Of a DNA stretch of 54,044 nt, positions 48,713 through 54,044 are shown piece after piece. Every line of letters begins with the position of its first letter. The stretch's first letter is position 1. The notes beneath the pieces were generated by a model that saw only the letters and a list, made by a program, of their open reading frames with translations, made no database searches and was not told the DNA's origin. Position numbers and translations under genes: made by a program. The stretch comes from Nemertoderma westbladi (lineage: Eukaryota > Animalia > Xenacoelomorpha), in NCBI GenBank assembly GCA_032718475.1, contig JAUCBJ010002557.1:1-54044 (forward strand), read 5' to 3'.

Positions 48713-48835
48713 TGCACGGTGCTGCACGGTGCTACACGGTGCTGCACGGTGCTACACGGTCCTGTACGGTGCAACACGGTCCTCCACGGTGCTGCACGGT
48801 CTTGCACGGTGCTGCACGGTCTTGCACGGTGCTGC
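48713..48835. repeat. 10-bp tandem repeat (GCACGGTGCT), ~12 units
   Basis: Direct inspection. Confidence 0.9.
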
Positions 48836-49321
48836 TGGGGTTTGGTAATATGACTTGCACATTTCAATTGCAAATAATTGCATACAAACTGTCAGCAAAT
48901 ATGTTAGTACAATAATTAAATTAAAATCTTAATTTTTTAATTGACAAGATAAAGAACAAGATAATTTGAAATTGGTACTATATGTTTTAAATTTTGGATT
49001 AAACTCTTTTTTATATTTATATATATCTATTTAAATTTACCACATCAAACCACCATCATTCACCACAATGTCATAAGATTTGAAATAAATGATTTCATTT
49101 TACAGATATCTATTTGTAGAATTTACTTGACAATTAATAGTTTACATCTGGAAATCTGTTACTTATATTGGGTATAATATGATCTCTTTCCCCATGATTC
49201 AAACAAATTGTTGTGGGCACTTTGAGCTTTGGCGTGCGACTTCTGTTGCTGATCGAGTAAATGTTTAGCGCTATCATATGTCAGGTCAACGTCCACTCTT
49301 CTCATTCTAAAATTAAGGAAA

Positions 49322-49527
49322 ACAGTAAGCAAGTTAGATTCATTGGAATGGGTGAGTGGGATGGTGTGGACAGTAAGCAAGTTATATTCATTGGAATGGG
49401 TGAGTGTGATGGTGTGGACAGTAAGCAAGTTATATTCATTGGAATGGAGTGCGGTGAGTGGGATGGTGTGGATAGTAAGCAAGTTATATTCAATGGAATG
49501 GAGTGCGGGGAGTTTGATGGTGTGGAT
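49322..49527. repeat. 48-57-bp tandem repeat, 4 units
   Basis: ACAGTAAGCAAGTTATATTCATTGGAATGGGTGAGTGGGATGGTGTGG. Confidence 0.9.
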
Positions 49528-52507
49528 TATGTGAAGGCAGTATAGCCCTGACAGTGATCGGTCACCTCAAAGGCGAGAACCTCATACCTGTTGCTCAGCT
49601 GTAGTGTGCAGCTGGATTTCACACTGAGCGGTTTCAACCAGAGGGCCAGTCATGCCATGGCAAGGCAGATTTCGTAATTCTGCTAGCATGGTGACTAAGT
49701 CTTACCTTGGCCACAATAAGGTTGCCAATACTATGTACTGTAACTGTACCGGTACTGTAAACTGCTATACATACTACTATACTCTGCTAACTGTTTGATA
49801 TACAGACTACCGGTTCATCTCTGGCTGGTGTATTTGCTGTCAATTGCAGAACTGCCTGCTTGCTATGAAATCAAACAACCAATATGTCAAGGCCTACCTA
49901 CAACTACACTGCTGTGAAATCTCTAAACCGGTAGGAATTCCATCAATGGGTGCGCCATTGGTCAGTTACTTGCCAATTGGGATGTCTGGGCATTTGCACC
50001 AGAGATAAACCAGAGTGGTCAAGTCGAGTTGACCTGAAGCCTCTTACTGGTAGAAGAAGTAAAACAAGCGAAGGTTGTGCCAGTAAACCACTCCCTCATA
50101 TCCCTTTTGCCTTCTTCTGGCTACCAGTACTGGTAATTTTATTTGGTACAACCTGATCGGTTCTATCAGGCTGCCAGAGTTTTTTGGAATGAGCCCGAGG
50201 GTGCTGTCGCAATAGCACTTGAGCTACTGTCGTCACCAAGTTCATTCAGTACAAATCCTGGCGAACTCGGGTCCACTAAACAAAGCTGCAGGAAAGTGAT
50301 AATCTCAATGGGATAAGCAATAGCCGAGTAGGTTTTAATGGAATATAAATTGAGGAGCATCAAGTTGACCAATCAGTTTTAACTGTCCCTGCTCGCCTTA
50401 ATTATTTTATTGCTCCAAAATTGCATTGCTTTAATCAGCATTTGACTGTAATTTAATTAATTCGAGTGCCAAACTTACCCAGTAAATCAACTAACATGAC
50501 TGCACGTACATCCTTTATTAATTATTGTTAACTTATTGTCTTTTTACGTTGCTTCCTTTAACCCTCAAACTACCAGTGGGAAAATCACACTAAATACCAC
50601 TGGGTTCATTATATTGCCACTGTATAATTGTCCAGTGAATGTATCAATCAATCATCCATAACTGTGCTGATTGCTTTTAATATTTAATAAGCATTTTATA
50701 GCTGTATTTTAAGCCCACATCGTGTATATAGTGTAGGCCTATTATTGTGAACTTCACTGTTTTCTGTAATAACCGTAATGGGATGGTCAATGCAAGAAAC
50801 ACCCCACCAGTCCTAAGAAATAGAAAAAGACATTGTGCCGAAATAAACTACTGCTGTTAAGCTACTGCTATACAACCTTAATAAAAAGAAAAGCAGCTTA
50901 AATAGGGATGGGTTCAACCTTAGTGCCACCTCATAATGGATGGACTTTAGGCCTTCCACCTGTTTCATCTAGGCCTATAAAAGAAAACGATTGTGAGTCT
51001 GACAGCAGAAGTACCAGTACTGATACTTACTAGCACTATTACTGAAGAAATGTTTAAACCTGATGCTGAAGGTTCAAAGATATATTTGTATCAGCATCAG
51101 CCCTTCTAAAAGGCTTCTTCCAAAGTCTGATAGGCCTACAAGTAATAGTAAAATACCTAGGCCTAAATAGGCATCATATAGCCTTCCCATCCCAGAACTT
51201 GGCACCAAGCAAATTGTGAAACATGTAACCCCACTGGTAGGCTTACTATTAGTCAGATCGCCTGAGTCTGAGTTGCCAATTTCCATACCTTATCTAGCCA
51301 CTATACCGACTTCAGGAGATAAATGCTACTTTCCACATACATGTCTCTTAAAAACATTTCAGACAGTGGGGCTCAAACCAACCCAGTTATGGTAGAAGAA
51401 ATACAGGATAATAGTACTTGGAGATCAAGGACCAATTTAAATCCAACCGTGTCCCCGCTTTTGATTTCTATAAATCTGGCCTAACAAACAAGTGCGATTT
51501 GGTGTCTAATTGTGTTTCCAGTTCAGGATATATGGGTTACTAAAATTGTCAAATTTTGCAACCATCCGATATACATAGGATCATTAATCCCAACTCTCTG
51601 TCACAAATGGAGGAATTGATGAACTTTTTCCCTGACAAAACTTGTCCAGCAGAGTCTGTACTTCCTAATCATGTAGCTACAATGAGTTTTTCTCCTCATG
51701 TCATCTCATTTCAGCTGGCTGCTTAACACACCATTTCACTTCCCCCCCTTTCTTCATGCAGAAATGCTAGTAATGTCTGCGCCTATAGTTTTACTAGGTC
51801 TATATTATTTTAGAAGTCATTATGTAAATATTTGTGTTGAAGGGACTACAGTGGTTGCCAGTCTAAACGCATAAAGACTATCCAGGTGGAGAGCGCAAAT
51901 GGAGCATTTGCGCCGTGCGAGTGCATGGCCGACGGCGTTGGCCATGTGGTATTGTTCTAGAATATTACAGTATTATTAATCCCATGCAAAGGTAAAAGTT
52001 AATGCCCATGTTGCTGATGGAAAATAACAAATGCCTACCTTGATTTTGTTAAGGTCAGTTTTGTTTATACTTGAAGTCTTACATATATTAGTATACATGG
52101 GCATAATATTCCAAATACTTTTGTTGCGCCTGTCGATTCGTATAAATCGACAGGCGCATAGACCCCCCCAATTTATATTACTTGTGTATTATTATTTGTG
52201 GAAGTAACACATAACCCTAAGCTGGTGGAAGTGGAGGTCTTTTGGAACACACCAGAGATACCAGAGAACATTATATAAATTATAATTCTTTGCACTAAAG
52301 TGAATTCTTCTTGAAATTATGTGCAAAATTTCAACCATGCATACGAATCAGTAGTCATCAATAATAATATATATAGTATTCCACAACAATTAGTTATTGT
52401 AAATATATTTTAAATGAAACATTTTTTGGTGGGGGTGGGGGGGGGGGGGGGGGGGGTTGGTATTTTGGGGTGGAAGGGTCGGGGTAACCATATACTATAG
52501 CTGGGGT

Positions 52508-52960
52508 TGGGTAACTGGGGTCTGAAATTGGTAACCGGAAATTGAATTGGTAACTAGAGATTGGAAACTGAAATTAGTAACCGGGGACTAAAATTGGTAA
52601 CTGGCGACTGAAATTGGTAACCAGTAACTGAAATTTGTAACCGGTAACGGAAATTGGTAACCTGGGACTGAAATTGGTAACCGGCGACTGAAATTGGTAA
52701 CCAGTGACTGAAATTTGTAACCAGTGACTGAAATTGGTAACCTGGGACTGAACTTGGAAATCAGAAACTGAAATCGGTAACCGGGGACTGAAATTTGAAA
52801 CCAGAAACTGAATTGGAAACCAGTGACTGAAATTGGTAACCAGTCACTTGAATTGGTAATCACGGACTGAAATTGGTAACCGGGGACTGAAATTGGTAAC
52901 CAGTCACTTGAATTGGTAATCGGGGACTGAAATTGGTAACCCGCGTCTGAAATTGGTAAC
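52508..52960. repeat. ~20-bp minisatellite (ACTGAAATTGGTAACCGGGG), ~22 units
   Basis: Direct inspection. Confidence 0.9.
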
Positions 52961-52980
52961 ATAACACATCACACAAAATG

Positions 52981-53601
52981 GTATTACTACTACTAGGATC
53001 GGCATGCTGCATTGCAGCTGCATTTTTAAGAATGCTGTGCCGGCTTATCGACAAAATTGCACCGCCACAACTCCCTATCACCCATGACATTTGAAAGATC
53101 ATCCGCATCTTCAAGGCCAGTGTCCTTTAAGATGCGTCTCAAGAAAGTCATGGGCTGTCCACCATGCTTATTCACTCCAGGAGGCTGCCAAAGTACAAGA
53201 TTATGCACTGGCTGGTCCTCATGGCGAAAGCAAAGTCCTGCAAAGCGGAGGCGATTTTGTTCTAGTGTCAAGCTTGGGGGAACCAATGAGACACCTCCAA
53301 TGTTATATAGTGTCTGGTTGGAGATGTGTGCATTGAACTTGACACAATGAACCCGGCGTAGCATTCTTGTGAATGTGCCATCCAGAGATTTGGTGTCCTC
53401 AGCAGTTAGAGCCCAGCATGGACTCCCATAGAGGAGTACTGGAACTACTGCTGCTCTAAATAACCGGACCTTAAGTTTCCGCTTAATTCTCGGTGACTTC
53501 CAAATCCTGGAAAGCCTATTCAAGGCTGCCCATGCCTTTCCCTTACGTATTCGAAGGTCTTCACCTGACTTCCGGATCCATGATCCGGATTGTATATACA
53601 A
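52981..53601 (-). mobile_element. 5'-truncated RTE-like LINE (ORF2 C-terminus and (TAG)n tail)
   Basis: GSWI..DLRIRKGKAWAALNRLSRIWKS, VPVLLYGS..W, LDGTFTRMLRR and RLRFAG. Confidence 0.88.
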
Positions 53602-54044
53602 GCAACTTATTTAAAACCATTTTCAAAACACCAAAATTAATAACAAAATAAAACACCAAAAATACAATACCAGCAAATACAGAATACTCAAATTAACAAA
53701 AAAAACAAAAAAGTATTATTTAATAAAAAAATTTAATATTGAACTTTTAAAGCTCTACTTAATTACAAAGAAAACCCCATGAAGATGTATTCCAATTACA
53801 ATTGTTCAATCCCAGTGACTTTTGGAACACACCAGACATGTCAGAGAGCATTATAAGTGTTGTTTCCTTGCACAAAAATGGGGTGGAGGGTGGCACAGTG
53901 GGGCTGAACCAACGTTTTATAAAATAAAAATGCCCAAACTAACTGATTTCATTTTTTGGTATACTTCAACACCCTGGTTCCGACCCTGATATTTTTAAAA
54001 TCTTTTGCTCGTGTCTTTTTCTTAAAATTACTAAATAAATTAGT

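Overview
AT-rich, transposon-dense eukaryotic (most likely invertebrate animal) genomic DNA. It holds two clear host genes, both with uninterrupted ORFs: a tetraspanin (3384..4103) and SepSecS (18763..21114), the latter carrying ~38 copies of an 8-aa repeat. The rest is mostly nested mobile elements: RTE-like LINE fragments, MULE-, Kolobok- and piggyBac-like non-autonomous elements, Tc1, hAT, a P-element remnant, a DIRS/Ngaro remnant, Helentron-like elements and tRNA-derived SINE heads. The standout is an apparently intact 6.4-kb DNA transposon (22617..29030) with TACGG...CCGTA ends, IS3EU-like. Its long TIRs are arrays of a 22-bp palindromic unit. It encodes, convergently, a spliced 394-aa DDE transposase and a spliced 880-aa HECT E3 ubiquitin ligase with its catalytic Cys intact, and each gene is preceded by a mirror-image CCAAT/E2F/TATA-like cassette in or beside the TIR. 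Two other TACGG-ended elements with 6-bp TSDs (670..890, 34188..35796) are nested in other transposons. All family assignments come from motif recognition by eye; no database search was run.
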